Shown here in pieces: positions 36,706-51,963 of a DNA stretch of 64,000 nucleotides. Positions within the stretch are counted from its first letter, which is position 1. Each line of letters begins with the position of its first letter. The stretch covers positions 6,717,824-6,781,823 of the forward strand of contig MU054391.1 of the NCBI GenBank assembly GCA_013239625.1, written 5' to 3'. Origin of the DNA: Lama guanicoe. Taxonomy: Eukaryota. Made by a program: the position numbers and the translations under genes. The notes under the pieces were generated by a model. The model was not told the origin of the DNA, did not search any database, and saw only the letters and a list, made by a program, of their open reading frames with translations.

Positions 36706-37554
36706 AAGAATATAAGCTCTTCTTTATATCTTCCTACACTGTGCCAGGCACAACACAGTAAAAAGTTGTCATCAATAACTATTTTGGATAAATGACAGCT
36801 AATTAATTACAAGTCATCTTGCCATACTTTAACTCTTCTTATCAGCCTGATATGTTAATCTTTAAACTAACTTTAGTAGTAGTAAAGTACAGAAAATAGT
36901 AAATAATCCATTTTTGGAGCATTATTGCCTGTATAAAGAATAAAATTTTTGAGTTCCTTTTGTGTTTTAAGTATAATAGCAGGAGGCACTTTACAAATAT
37001 TGTCCCATTAGTTTAAACAAAAACTAAAAAGATGGGTAGTGTTGTGTCTATTCAATAAAGAGATCCGAAAAAGGTTAACAGCTAGCAAGTGGCAATGCCC
37101 AAAATAGACCCAAGTCTGTTAGATTCCAAGGCCAATGTTCTTTCCACTATGCTTTATTAGGTTCTCCATGATTTCTTAAATATTTCATGTATCTTAAGCA
37201 AAATTGTTTATTTTCCTAGTAATAAAATATAGGCCAGTAACTAGTCAAGTTTAACAGCTTTTGGCTGCTACTGCATTAGTATAATTTGATCACAACAGTT
37301 ATCACAAGCTAATCCAAAGTTCTTGCTGCTAGTTATATATCCTTAATAAATAAAAAGAAGAAAATTACATAATACATATTTTAAACAACAGAGCCATAAG
37401 AGCAATAATGAAAGGAATACTTGGTAGAAAAAAGGTTGGGAAATTCTCTCTTGGGTAGATGAAGTACTCCAAAGCTAGGTAGAACATGATTATATCAAAA
37501 CAGCGCCAGAGTGGTGAGTGTTTCTGTTTTTCAACATATTTGACTTCAACATAC

Positions 37555-37566
37555 CTCTTGACTTTC
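37555..37566 (-). CDS. ROCK2: ROCK2 exon 11, 12-nt microexon (ESQE)
   Basis: aatag|GAAAGTCAAGAG|gtatgt. Supplies the four residues otherwise missing between SRKNE and IQKKL. Confidence 0.92.
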
Positions 37567-38198
37567 CTATTTAAAACAAAACAAAAATAAAAATGCTTGT
37601 TATGCTCTGTAAAATGCCTAAAACACAAATCATACCAAAATTATCTTACCAATTCTTTTTAGTTTTTATAAGTTTTGAAGAGAAATATGTTTAGCATCCT
37701 CATTTATGTGTATATATGTGTGTATGATTTAGCTCTGTATGCAGTTACAAATTATAGATGTCACAAAATAACAGTACATAAAACTTTTTTTAAAAATTGC
37801 AACAGTTTGATAAAACTATCCTTCATATGAATTGATTGATAAATATTCAAAATTTAAATCTCTCTACTATTTCTGTATTCTTATAGCTAATTATCTATAT
37901 TCTTTTATAATACTTGTAGTATTTCCTAACTAATAGAAAAAACAGCTGCCTGTAAACTTATTCCATCACTTTTGTTACTAAAACTAAGCCTAAACCCATG
38001 TAGAATTATCTTTTTATTAGCCCTTGGATCTCACACAATGATTCTTGTCAAATATGAATCATTTCAATGTTATGCTGAACTGGACTGCAACAAAAAAATG
38101 CTATCTAAAAGTAGCATCAGTGAACTTTTAAAAAGCATAGATATTACTAAAATACTTGGACATGTGATTAAAACAGAGTAGTAAAATTTTATACATAC

Positions 38199-38262
38199 TT
38201 CATTCTTCCTTGACTGTATTGAATCATTTTCTCTACAAGAGGGAGGAGAGTCACTTAATAAC
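38199..38262 (-). CDS. ROCK2: ROCK2 exon 10 (LLSDSPPSCRENDSIQSRKNE)
   Basis: tctag / GAA|gtatgt, 64 nt. Confidence 0.94.
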
Positions 38263-39646
38263 CTAGAAGGAAAGGCAGGAAATAAATTCTTTTGCATGTC
38301 ATTTTAATTCATTTTCTAATACTGAGTTATTCTCAGAATTAAATTCCAACCACAAAGACTTTTTCTTTTCACTTCAATATATATTATTAAATGAAGGTAT
38401 ATTTCCCTCTCAATTCTTTCAGATGTTCTAGTCTTAACATTGTTGAGGCTGGAATCACTTCCCCACTTCCTTTCATTTTGAGTAACTATTTTATTCTTCT
38501 TTTCTAGAAATTTTCTAGAAAGGGATGTCTCTCCTCCTTTTCAAAGATAACATCTCTTGATCTCCAGGTCTTAATACATAAATCATCACTTCTATTTAAC
38601 TGTCAGTTTCTCTTAACTGGGTCCTTACTCGCTGCTTATAAAACATGCTTGGGTTTCTCCTGGCACTGATATTCTCATTTTAGTTAGTATTACAGTAGTT
38701 TTCAGAATACTGTCTTTAGCAGATGAACAACTCATCCTTGTTTGCCTGGGATTTTCTCGATTTTAGCATTAAAGTCCCACACTACATTCTAGGAAACCCC
38801 TCAGTCCTGGGCAAACTGTAATGGTTGATCTCCTCATTACATGCATGTTAGTATCAAAAATTTCATAAATATGTTTCTCAAATGTCTTTAGTGCTTCACT
38901 CAACTATTTAACAGTTTTCAGTGGCTCCTCACTGCCTGTCAAAGTCAAAAGTCCCTTCCCACAGCTGTTCACTATTCTTGCCCTGTCTTTCCCTAAATTC
39001 CAATTCCTATCTATTTTCTAATCTTATACCCAATACTCACTGACCAATATTTATGGGATGATCCTGTGCCAAGCTCTGCACTAGATGGAGGGATTACAGG
39101 CAAGAAAACCACAGTCTGAGTCCTCCAAGTGGTTAGACAACAGTGATACACACCCTGTATTTGAGCCCTGCTGGACTAGACTACTCTGCTCCCAACCTAT
39201 GCTTACATCACAAGCTTTTGCTCCCACTGTTAACTTCCCCAACACACTCACCTAACCTCCCTATGTCTTGGACACTCAAAACCTTTTCTTATCTTTAGAC
39301 TAAAATGCCACCTCTTCCCTGAAGTCTTACCTGACTTCCCCCTACCCTCATCCCAAAGAGATGTGACTTTTATTTTTTGTCTGAACCATCTCAGATCTTT
39401 TTGGTACCTTTCTTAAGGCAAGTATCACATTCTACCCTTCATTATGACTATGTAATTCCTTTATATCCTTCATTAGTTGACAAGCTCCTTCAAAAGCAGG
39501 TATTTGGTCTTAATCTATATCCCCCAAAGAATACAGAACACTGCCTTACATTCATTTGTAAATGAATATCATATAATAGTCATTGAAAAAATTCAGTTTA
39601 AAACAAATTAACACTTTATCTTCCATAATTCAGAGTCTCAAAGTTA

Positions 39647-39892
<246 letters not shown>

Positions 39893-40595
39893 TTATTTAA
39901 TAATAATATATATGATGAAAAAATATAAGCCACCCTCATCTTGTTTTGTATTACTCATTTTGTATTATTAATATATTAATATTAACATATAGAGATATGT
40001 GATTAACAATACTATGATTTACTATAAAAAATTTTATTAATAGACTTTCTATTTTATCGTTTCAAAGATTTAACATTTTGTAGGTGTTTAATGATTATAT
40101 TAGATCAGTTTTAAACATAGGTAAATCAATTAAATAAGGAAAGCATATATTATTCTAGGTATTAAAATTACAAGCAGTAATAACTTGGTAAACATTCTTT
40201 AGCCTTCAGTTTTCTACATTCTTTAAGCAGAAATACTTCTTACTCTTAAGATGAATTAATATCAAGTACACATAAATTTAAAATGAATTACTATGTTTAT
40301 CCTAGTATTCACCAAAGTATGGTTTCCATAAATAATTACTGATTCATTAATTCAAATATTTGAATTAAAGAATTACATTTTCCCCAATCTGAAAATTATT
40401 AAGGGCCATAAAACTTAGCTTGACAAATTAAGAAACCTATAATATTTATTATAGAAGCAGCAGGAAATAAATATATACTAGTTTGTTAAGATACTGAGGT
40501 AATATTAATTTAGTTATAAATATTGCTTCAGAACAAACTGAAATGAAACCTCTCAATTTAAAAATTGGCATTAAGTGTTCCAGACATATTTGTTA

Positions 40596-40886
<291 letters not shown>

Positions 40887-42728
40887 TTAAATGTTTCTCA
40901 AAAATAAGCAATCTCAATTTTATAGTATATGATAGTAAATGCTATGGAAAAGAAAACACGTTTCCATCTATACTTTGTGTCAAAAGTACATATGAGACTT
41001 TTAATTAAAAAAATCACTGGTGTGTGCCAAAACCACAAGACCAACTTCAGGATGTAAAATGGATGGAGGTGTAACTTTTGACACAGAAGAGTTTTTCAAA
41101 ATCTCTCTAATGAAATGTTATTTAAAAAATTCTCTCCCCTTCTTAAAAAGAACTCATATATTATGTTTGAAGCTATCCATATTTGCTCTAGATATCTCTA
41201 TACTTATATTAAATATAAATTATTAAATATAAATATACATTACACTAATATTAAAATTATCATTGTCAACATAAGAAAAATGTTACTAATAATTTTATTC
41301 TCTGACCTTTTGAGTTTTCAATGAAAACTGTATGGAAATAAAAACTATCTGTTTTTTTAATGTGCCCCTGGAGTTACGTTTAATATAAACATGAAAACCT
41401 ATGAACTTTTAGAGGGAAGTGCTCCTAGCCATACTAATGCCACTAAATTCTATTAACATACACTATATCAAACTGTTTTATATTTTACGTTTCAACACAA
41501 ATTATGGTCATCCCCCATCAAGCCCATCATCCAGTCCTCAAATAAAACATTATACAGAATTTGAGCTTATCAGCATAAATTGTTTATTAATCAGGTAATT
41601 GATAATCTTAAAGTTTTCTTTTACAAATCATTGATAAACATATAAAAATGATTAAGCTCTCTCATGAAAAAAATATAAATAATTTTCCTTGCTTTGTGTG
41701 GAAAAAGGAAAAATTCATAACACTTAGTTTGATGACAATTAGGGAAACAATTATTAATAATGGGGGTCAAATTTGCAACTCAAGTAGGTCGATTTTAAAA
41801 TGTGCATCCCAGAAATCCACCTTTAAGATTTTTATCCTACAGAAAGTATGCAAATATAAATGTATGAGGACAGTCACTGCAGGACTGCTTGTAACAGCAA
41901 CTGGCTAACAAACAACAAGGTGTGCGGAGGAGTCATAGCACCTTAGAGCTAGAAATGCCTTTAGCTATCATCTAATCTGATCTCATCATTTGAAGAATGA
42001 GTAAAATTATTTCCCTCAAAGTTAAAATAATTTTCCTAAAATCATACAGCTAGTGAGTTAAGTCTAGACTGAGGTGCAAGCATCCACTGGTATGTCCTGG
42101 TCCTTTGGCTCCTACCACAAATATGAAATGGGAAACCAGGAAAGAACTGACTAGAGAGGGCAAGGAAGAAACTCTGAATAGCTTTCTAGCTTCTCTTTTT
42201 GAGGTAGGTTTTCAAAACAATGTTCATCTGTTTTGTTTTGAGAAATACAGACTTTCCAGGACAGAACTGCTCACATTCAAATGCAAATTAAAAGGACTGG
42301 GAAGGAGGCACTCCCAAGTCAAACACAGGTATTTTTTAAGATTATTAGTTTTTGAGTTATTTATCTACACAAAATGTTCTTCTCTCAAAAGTTATACAAT
42401 CAAGAGCAATATAGCTTAACCACCTTAGAGGCTAAAATATGAAAAAAAGTTTTATTTCTCACAAATGCGTTTATTTTACAAAGTTCTGTTTTTCTCTTTT
42501 TGGACATGAGGGCTAAGATTAGAGTTGGATTACCACTGAGCTGCACATACAAAATGACAGGGGCAACCCAACACCAGGCTCAGAAGTAGGAAAAGGATAA
42601 GCCAGAACTAAATGCAATTTGGATAAAGAGAAAGATTGATTTCGTATGTAAGTAAGAGTTAGGTATGCTTTCATTTCTATAAATCCAAAAGTTAAAGGAT
42701 TTTCTACAAAGAAATTAAATGCATATTA

Positions 42729-42914
<186 letters not shown>

Positions 42915-43221
42915 CTAAAATGTTTTACCTAGTATTTAATACGTTAAATTTAAAATTTTCACATTCATGGAAGAACAAAAGGTTTACGAGGAATCTCAGC
43001 CACACATCAAGAATATATTTAAATTTTAACCATACCGATGAACCGCTGAACTTAAAGAGCAAAATAAAATCAATACTAGCTCTAGTTAGAATTTGTTGCA
43101 TTTTTTAATGTATAATAGGAAAAAAACCAATTTATTGAATAATTTAAAAGATTACTAGGTGGGGTCAGATCAGTGAGTCTTCTAATGCTTCAGCTGAATG
43201 AGCCTTTTGAGATTACTCTCC

Positions 43222-43412
43222 AGAGTTGTGTTGTATAATACAGTAGTCACTAGCCACATGTGCAATTTAAAGTTAAAATTAATTAAAATTAAATAAAATG
43301 AAAAATTCAGCTCCCTAGTCATACCAGCCACATTTCAAGTGCTTGATGTGGCAGGTGCCTACTATACTGAACAGTGTAGATATAAACCATTCGTGACAGA
43401 CTAGACAGTGCA
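43222..43412. mobile_element. MER3/MER33-like hAT-Charlie element
   Basis: cactagccacatgtg...aaaaattcag...ccagccacatttcaagtgct. Confidence 0.75.
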
Positions 43413-45205
43413 GCTCTAAGAGTTAGATCAGCCCTGTCACTTTACGTATGAGGTAGCTAGGCCCAGATAGATGATGTGTAATTTGCCTAAACTGACACAC
43501 CTAGAGTTGAAAATGGCAGAAAGTCTTCCAATGCAGTGTTCCTGCTAACTAACGACTGTGATAAAGAGGCAAGTGTAAAGACAGAAAAAGTTCAAGGCAT
43601 CATTTTGGCCAGTATTCATCTAAAGCCACAAGGGTTAAAGGCCTTGCCAGAATGCCTTAACTACAAGTCCCCTTAATACAAACCAGACTTTCCTAAATCA
43701 GCCAAAAAGCGGTACTCAGTAGTTATTGTTTGCAAAGGGTGGCAGAGGAGAGCTTTGAATTCAAGATTTTAACTGCAGTGGATTCCTTTAAATGAAGTCC
43801 AGTGCCAACCAACCTGAGCAAGCACCAGAGCAGGCAAAGAATACTGCAAATCAGTGCCATTCAAACTCATTAAATTCAGCTCTAAGTTAAAAACAGTAGT
43901 AGGAGATTTAATTGGTCTCTTCAAATGAGTCATGGGACTTCCTCCAAAGTACAGTATTCTTTAAATCCCTAGGAGACTCTAGACAAATGAAGGAATATAT
44001 TCTACTTTCAAAAGATTGTAAGACATATCTAATGCACCATCAGCTAGGACCCAGTGGTGTGGAGAATAGACAGCTAGCTGAGAATATGTGGTGTTTGAAG
44101 AGACCCACAACAAAGACAAAGGTTGAAAACAAAGTAGGTCACAGCATGACATGAGACTAGGCACAGCAACATAAATGCTATACACACACAGACGGTCATC
44201 AAGAGAAGGCACTTTATGTCACAAAAAAGTTCCATGACTAATTGTTACTTAAATTTCTTCTGATTTTTTAAAGCAACAAGCATACCCAATTATTATACAG
44301 ATTTTATAGATTTACATTACCAATTTCTTTTAGAGTCATCTCCTAGAGAATAAATTCCCCAACTTCTAAAATTACATTTTCAATTCTAAAGTCATTTCAT
44401 ATAATGATATTAGCCTTAACACATTTGCTTCAGAAAAGTAGACTTAGCTATATCTCGCCTCATCCCTAAGCCAGGTAATTCAGTCACTGGCTACCTTGGT
44501 CAGAAGATATTTCTGTGACTCTAGTACTTAGGAATTTAAAAAATGAAATCTATGATATAAATAAAAGTTTTGAAATACATAAGCCTTTCAAATTTTGATT
44601 TGGTCAAAGTGAAAGAAATTATTAAACTTGCCTCTCAGTTTTCTGAGATCAAAACATTATAAAATACATTCATCTTGATAGTCAAATGGTCAATAATTAT
44701 ATTTATGATTTGTTTTACTGGAATCACTGAATATATATACAAGTAATAAATATAAGAAATACAGCTTACAAAAATTACATAATTACATAAACAAAGTACT
44801 TTCAGTTCTCTATTATTATTGAAACAAGTACTAACAGCCTTATAATTTCAAATATTTTCAATAAATACTACTGATTAAGAAAATCTTAGAAGGAAGGCCC
44901 ATTGCAGCTGTAAACTTGCTTCTTGTTCTAATATTTTGTTAATACAAAAACGTCTATTGGAGGACTACTTTCCAGCAGTATAATTTTAAGTCCTTTCAAA
45001 TTCTACTCAATCACTGTGGCAGGATGAAGCTTGGTTTTAATTTTACAATAATCAGTCATACCAGAAACCATTAATTCAAAGTTTCCAGAAATTCCACTTC
45101 TTCCCTAGGACAGAGGCAATTAATCTCCTTACAGTCTCAAATTCTTGACTTAGTAATACAGTATTATAAGATGGGTTTTGAAAAAAGAACAAGTTAAAAT
45201 ATTTA

Positions 45206-45430
<225 letters not shown>

Positions 45431-47329
45431 TCATTTATTCTTACAGATACAGTGACTATACATTGCTACCAACAGACCTTCATTGTTGACATGGCTTTGG
45501 AAGGACAGGGGATAAATACATTATAAAATGCATACAAATGTCTGGATTATGGGAGATCAGGGATAATTTTCGAACTCTGAGATACAGAAGGCTTCATCAA
45601 AGGTGGTCAACTCCATGGGAATTCCATGTAAATCTACATTTTTTTGTTTCTTTTTCTAACACTATAAGTTACAAGGGAAGTACAAAATGTGGTCTTAAGG
45701 CACCTAATCTGGGGGAAAAAAAAGAATCATTAGAGAAAGGAAGCTTTGATATTTCCAAAGAAACTGCAGTAATTAAGATTAAGGCCTCTAGAGGATGGAT
45801 AAAAGAAAATGGTTCTTCTTAGACCAAGAAAAAACTGGAGGAAACAGATCAAATGTTTAAATCAAGATCTTAATAGTTTGAGAGCCACACCTCCAGGTTG
45901 TATATTTAGAATACAGAGCTGCAGCATCAAGATATTTGGCAAAATGATAAAAACACCCCTTTCTATGTTTAGTTTCAGTGAATAATAAGATAATCCCTAT
46001 CTGATGTCTTTTTGACAAGGGTAAGAACCATTGTAGATATGAACTATGTGTGTATTTTGTAGCATGTGTATTATATATATTTGTATTATGTGTATATTTT
46101 GCAAGATTAAACCACTATAGGATACAGCAGTACAGTGCTGAGTAACCCTTGTTCATCTCCAGCTCTGTTCAAACTTGCAAAGATTTTACATGTTAGTCTA
46201 AATGCCCTTCATATCCTTTACCTGCCTAGTAAAGAATGTGTCACCTACATTCCTTCTAAGGAAGCTATACAAACTACCAAAACACTAAGTATTATGACCA
46301 CCTTGGTAAAAGGAAGTTTAATGTATTTATAAACATGATTTGTGTAAATATTTTTATTTAAGTGTAATAAAATATGTTAAATATGGGAAATTCACTTCAA
46401 AAGCAACCTTTTCATTCCTCAAATCAACAGGAATAACTTAATGATTTTATTTTTCCAAGTATACAGCAAGTAGAGGTCATTTTTAGACTGAACATTAATT
46501 AATAAAATTAACATTTTGCAAATAATTGAGCAAATTATGAGGGTAATGGTTTATATGGGTTACTACTTAGGATAAAAAATGAAGAAGACAGTGCCTGACT
46601 ACAAAAGGCAGGGTATACAGTTAATTTTTATCATGAACTATCCTATATTTTAGACTTCTACTGGAGGAAAATTTTACATAGAGACTTACAGGGTAAACAA
46701 AATCTCATTTCACACGTATCCACAGAAATTAGACTTCAAAAAAATGGATCTTGCGAGACTTAAGAGCCAAAACGTAACTGGACACACACACACACACACA
46801 CACAACAATGCCACTAAAAGAAAAATTATTTAGCATTCAAAGGTTCAGAGGAAGACGAGAAAAGGGTAAAACACAAAAAAGAATTGGTATAAAGTTAGGC
46901 TGTAAAGGATAGACAAATTAGGCTTCAAAGGAAAGAAAGTTGGTATGGAAACTCAGAAAAAAGGGCAAAAACAAAGGAACAAAAATTATTTTATATAAAC
47001 CAAGTTCAAGAAATGCAGTGAAGTCCAAATGAGCCTAAACGTAAAGTTTCACAATGATGAAAACGGCAAAGGTAAGATGGAAATCAGTCTGAATAACCAA
47101 TCACTTACAGAGTAAGTATTTTGGTAGGACTGAGAAATTTTTACTAGGTAAACTATGTCACTGGTACTCTGCTTTTAAAAAATTAATATTCTAACCACAA
47201 TTTCTGGCAAGCATACTGATGGTTAAAACTTTTTTAAGTAAATATTTGGAAAGGATATTTAAACACTGTCTCATTGGGAAATTCTCAAATTCGATGAATA
47301 TATAATCTATATTTATGATAAATTTCTCA

Positions 47330-48569
47330 CCCTATTCTAAAGAAATACAGGAAAGCTAAACCAGAAACTAAATTAAAGATTGATTTATCTACAGAGGGTG
47401 AGTGGAAAAGGGGTAGAAAGAAGCCAGTATAGGAAAAGAGAAGTAGGGCAAGGAGGCAGTGATCCGTCTCTAAGAATGCAATTTGTTTAGTTCTGACCCT
47501 TAAACCAGAGAAATGCTTCACATATCCAAAAATTAAACAATTAAAATCAACTGGATATGGGGTAACTCTAAATGGAATACCAACGGTAAGAAATGAACCT
47601 GTTTCATAAATTAAATAACACAATCACACCAAAGAGGGTTGGGAAGAAAAGAACTGACCTAGGTAACTCTGGAAAACAGTTATTTTAAATGAATGCTATA
47701 CTGCTAAACACAAAAATATCTGCACATAACACATCCTAGTTAGTAAATCTGTCTGTCACAGGAGTAAGAGATTGGCAATTTGAAACAAATTTTATGTGTA
47801 TACTAGGGTTGAACAAGTGTAGATAACAACAGGTTTCTCATTGTCCAAAAAAGAAAAGTGCAAAAAGAAAGGAGGAAGACTAAAATGAACCCTGTGGTGC
47901 AGGACTACAATCTGAAGTATCAATATGAACTCTTAATTTTTAATATAGTTTATATACAAACAGATAAGTACAGAATTAAATATGAACATGTGTGTGTATG
48001 TGGGTTAGTAAATATAGTGTATACAATATACATATGTCCACTGATAGTGCCTAGAAGTAGTAACATTCTAGGAGCAATGGGTGTATCTGGTACCCAAGTA
48101 TTGACTGACATTTATTTATTTATTTTTATTGAAGTATAGTAGATTTACAACGCTGTATTAGTTTCTGGTATACGGTGTGGTGATTCAGTTATATTTTTAT
48201 ACACACACATTCTTTTTCATTGCAAGTCACTACAACCCATTGAATATAGTTCCCTATATTTCATTGAATACAGTAGGACCTTGTTCAACTATTCTGTACA
48301 CAATAGTTTATATCTGCCAATCCCAAACTCCCAATTTATCCCTCCCTCCCCCTTCCCCTGCTGGGAACCACAAGTTTGTTTTCTATGTCTGAGAAGTTTC
48401 TGTTTTGTAAATAAATTTGTTTGTAGCATTTTTTAGATTCCACATATAAGTGATATCATATGATATTTGTCTTTCTCTGACTGACTGACTTCACTTAGTA
48501 TGATAATCTCTAGAATCATCCATGCTGCCAATGACATTATTTCATTCCTTTTTATGGTTGAATAGTATT

Positions 48570-48621
<52 letters not shown>

Positions 48622-50100
48622 TGTGTGTCTGTGTGTGTATCTCACATGTTCTATATCCAGTCATCTGTCAATGGACATTTAAGTTGCTTCTATGTTTTGG
48701 CTATTGTAAAAAGTGATGCTAAGAATACTGGGCTGCATGTATCTTTTTGAATTGAGTTTTCGCCAGATATACACCCAGGAATCACATGGCAGGATCATAC
48801 AGTAAGTCTATTTTTAGTTTTTTAAGGAACATGCATACTGTTCTCCATAATGGCTACACCAATTTGCATTCCCACCAACAGTGTGGGAGGGTTCTTTTTC
48901 ACCATACCTTCTCCAGTACTTATTATTTGTAGACTTTTTAATGATGGCCATTCTGATCAGCGTGAGGTGGTACCTCGTAGCTCTGATTTGCGTTTCTTGA
49001 ATAATTAGTGATGTTGAGCATTTTTTTCATGTGCCTGTCATCTGTGTGTCTTCTTTGTAGAAGTGCCTATTTAGATCTTTTACCCATTTTTTGATTGGGT
49101 TGTTTTTTTTTTTGCTATTGAGCTGTGTGAACCACTTGTATATTTTAGAAATTAATCCTCTGTTGGTTGCATTGTTTGCAAATATTTTCTCCTATTCCAT
49201 AGGTTGTCTTTTTGTTTTACTTATGGTTCCCTTTGCTGTGCAAAAGCTTTTAAATTTAATTAGATCCTATTTGTTTATTTTTGTTTTTATTTCCATTACT
49301 CCAGGTGACAGATCCAAAAAAACACTGCTGCAATTTATGTCAGAGTGTTCTATGTTCTCCTCTAGGAGTTTTATAGTATTTGGTCTTTACTTTCAGGTCT
49401 TTAATCCATTTTGAGTTTATTTTTGTATATGGTGTTAGAGAATGTTCTAATTTCATTCTTTTACACGTAGCTGTCCAGTTTTTCCAGCACCACTTATTGA
49501 AGAGACTGTCTTTTCCTCCACTGTATATTCTTGCCTGCTTTGTCATAAATTAATTTGACCGTAAGTGTGTGGCTTTACTTCTGGACTTTCTATCCTGTTC
49601 CATTGATCTATGTGTCTGTTTTTGTGCCAGGGCCATACTGTTTTGATTACTACAGCTTTGTGGTATAGTCTGAAGTCAGGGAGCCTGATTCTTTCAGCTC
49701 TGTTTTTTCTCAAGATTGCTTTAGCTATTCAGGGTCTTTAAAATTTTAAATTTTTTTGTTCCAATTCTGTGAAAAAATGCCATTGGTAATTTGATAGGGA
49801 TTATACTGAATCTGTAGATTGCCTTGGGTAGTATGGCCATTTTAACAATATTGATTCTTCCAATCTGAAAACATGGTATATCTTTCCATCTGTTTGTGTT
49901 GCTTTCGATTTCTTTTATCAGTGTCTTACAGTTTTTGGAGTACAAGTCTTCTACTTCCCTAGGTAGGTTTATTCCTAGATATTTTATTCTTTTCAATGTG
50001 ATGATAAATGGGAGCAAATATTGATTTTTTTAAATACCACTCTTGAATAAAAGGAATTAGAGCTTCTTGCAGAAGTGCTTGATTCCAGGCTGGGAGAGAG
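47330..50100 (+). mobile_element. Old L1MC/MD-type 3' region split by a younger antisense L1
   Basis: Host motifs (ctagaagtag...gagcaatgg...taccca | taaataccac...aataaaaggaa...tgattccaggctggg) flank the insert; a related copy lies near 60090-60340. Confidence 0.55.
48110..50012 (-). mobile_element. Younger L1 fragment (~1.9 kb; ORF2 C-terminal part and 3'UTR) containing (TG)n at about 48572-48640
   Basis: ORF-track peptides IKYLGINL...[18 protein letters not shown] and [14 protein letters not shown] match L1 ORF2; frameshifted; tail at the left end. Confidence 0.93.
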
Positions 50101-50149
50101 AAGATGTAAGTGTTCAACAACTCATGGTGACAAAGAGAAAGGAGGGAAG

Positions 50150-50220
50150 GGAGGAAGGCAGAATGGAAGGCAGGCAGGCAGGGAGGAAGGGGAGGAAGGC
50201 AGAATGGAAGGCAGGCAGGC
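50150..50220. repeat. Purine-rich simple repeat with a 30-bp direct duplication (50150-50179 / 50191-50220)
   Basis: ggaggaaggcagaatggaaggcaggcaggc occurs twice. Confidence 0.9.
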
Positions 50221-51763
50221 TCCAAAAAAGATACATGTCAAAAGGATAGGAGCCAACCTAAAAAGTTTTCACAAGATAAGCAAACTTCAGGCTGAGTTTC
50301 AGAGTGTGAGTAGGAATTTGCTAATCAGACTATATTTGACAGCATATATGAAGGCTAGGAATCATGAGTTACCATGATATAAAAAGAACCATATGTAACT
50401 TAAGACCTCTGAACAAATGGTCAAATGATAGAATGAGGTTGAGAAGTAGATAGGGGTCATAAGAAACTTCATAAGACTAGCTAAGGAATTTGAACTTTAT
50501 TCAGTAGGTGACAGAAATCTACTGAAGGGTTTTAAGCTGGAAAGCAACATAAACGGGTATGCATTTTCAAAAGCTTCCTCAAAAGTACTTTATCTTAAAT
50601 GGATCAGATACTGTGTGCTTGCTAAGTATAGCCAGTGTTTAATAACTGATAAAATATCATATATCAAAAGATATACTGAAAACACAAAATTGGTCAATCA
50701 TAAATCTTGGAGTTGATCTAAGAAACTATTCAAAATGCCTCTTGTGAGGGTGGAAAAGAAAAACTGTAAATGGAATTCTTAATTATCAGAAGCACTGAAA
50801 GCTTCAGCTTGACTGCTATACAGGCAGGAGCCTGTTCAATCCATTTTAACAATTAAAAATGAGCACCTGTACCAGGGGGCCCTTTCTCAGAGAGGCACAT
50901 TCCCTCCTTGCTTTGTAAGATTCCTGGCTAGTGGAAGGTTCTGCTTCTTGTGTTCTATCTAAAAAGACAGCCCAAATGGCTTAGAAACCCATTTCCACCA
51001 GCATTTTGTGGTACCAACAGGCACAAAGCTGCCTGTTATTCCAACAATTCCCTGGGTACCAATTATTATTTTCATCAGAGCTCTGGTTACAAAGCTGCAT
51101 AGCTTTTGAATGATCTGTCTCTACTGCTCCCATAAACATGCTCTTTTAAATGTATTATTTTGCAGAAAATAGGGTTTTTCAGAGACATCAGTAGAAACAC
51201 CTATATTTTAAAAACTGATGTCACTTGTAGAAAGGTTAAGAACAGTAACATTTTACCTATTAGCTTCTAAAAATTTACAGCCACTATTTAATCAAATGGT
51301 ATACACCAGAATATTAATGGATAAAATCGTATACTATTTTCAGTAATTTAAAATACTAACATAAAACATCCCTTAAAAGGTGGTAAAGGTTGCTATGAAA
51401 TGCATAATGGTTGGCAAAGTGGGAAGTCAACTTGCGTAATTAATGCAAGTAATTTAAAGTAGTACTTCTTGGCTGTCACTGAGGTAATCTACATGTAAAT
51501 ATACTGTGACTTTCACTCACACCCAGATATTTTTTTCAGGGAGAGAAAAAATAACAGTATCTAGAAAACTGTGTAATCTACAATCTATCCATGATAGAAC
51601 TTAATGAAACACTACTCTTATTTGTGATAGTAACCATTTCGGTCCTTATAGGTTATAGTTTTATAGCTACATTTCATTTTTGTTTTTATCCATGACATAA
51701 TGTTTTATAGGAAGCCAGAAAAGCTAAAAAATAATTGAAGCATTTTTGTCTTTATTATAGATA

Positions 51764-51963
51764 AAGGGTTAGCAAATTTTTTTCTGTAAAGAGCTAGGCA
51801 GTAAATATTTTAGGTTTTGTGGGACACATAGGGTGTCTGCTGCATATCTTCTTTTTTTAAAAACAGTCTTTTAAAAATGGAAAAAAACATTTTTAGCACA
51901 GGAAGCATATAATACCAAGCCACAGGCCAGATTTGGCCCTGTGCTCCAGTTTGCCAATCCCTT
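51764..51963. mobile_element. MER58-like hAT-Charlie element
   Basis: agggttagcaaatttttttctgtaaag...ggccagatttggcc...agtttgccaatccct. Confidence 0.75.

Noticed and set aside
49091..50017. ORFs of 68-107 aa as independent genes
   Set aside because: Frameshifted L1 ORF2 remnants and their antisense frames.
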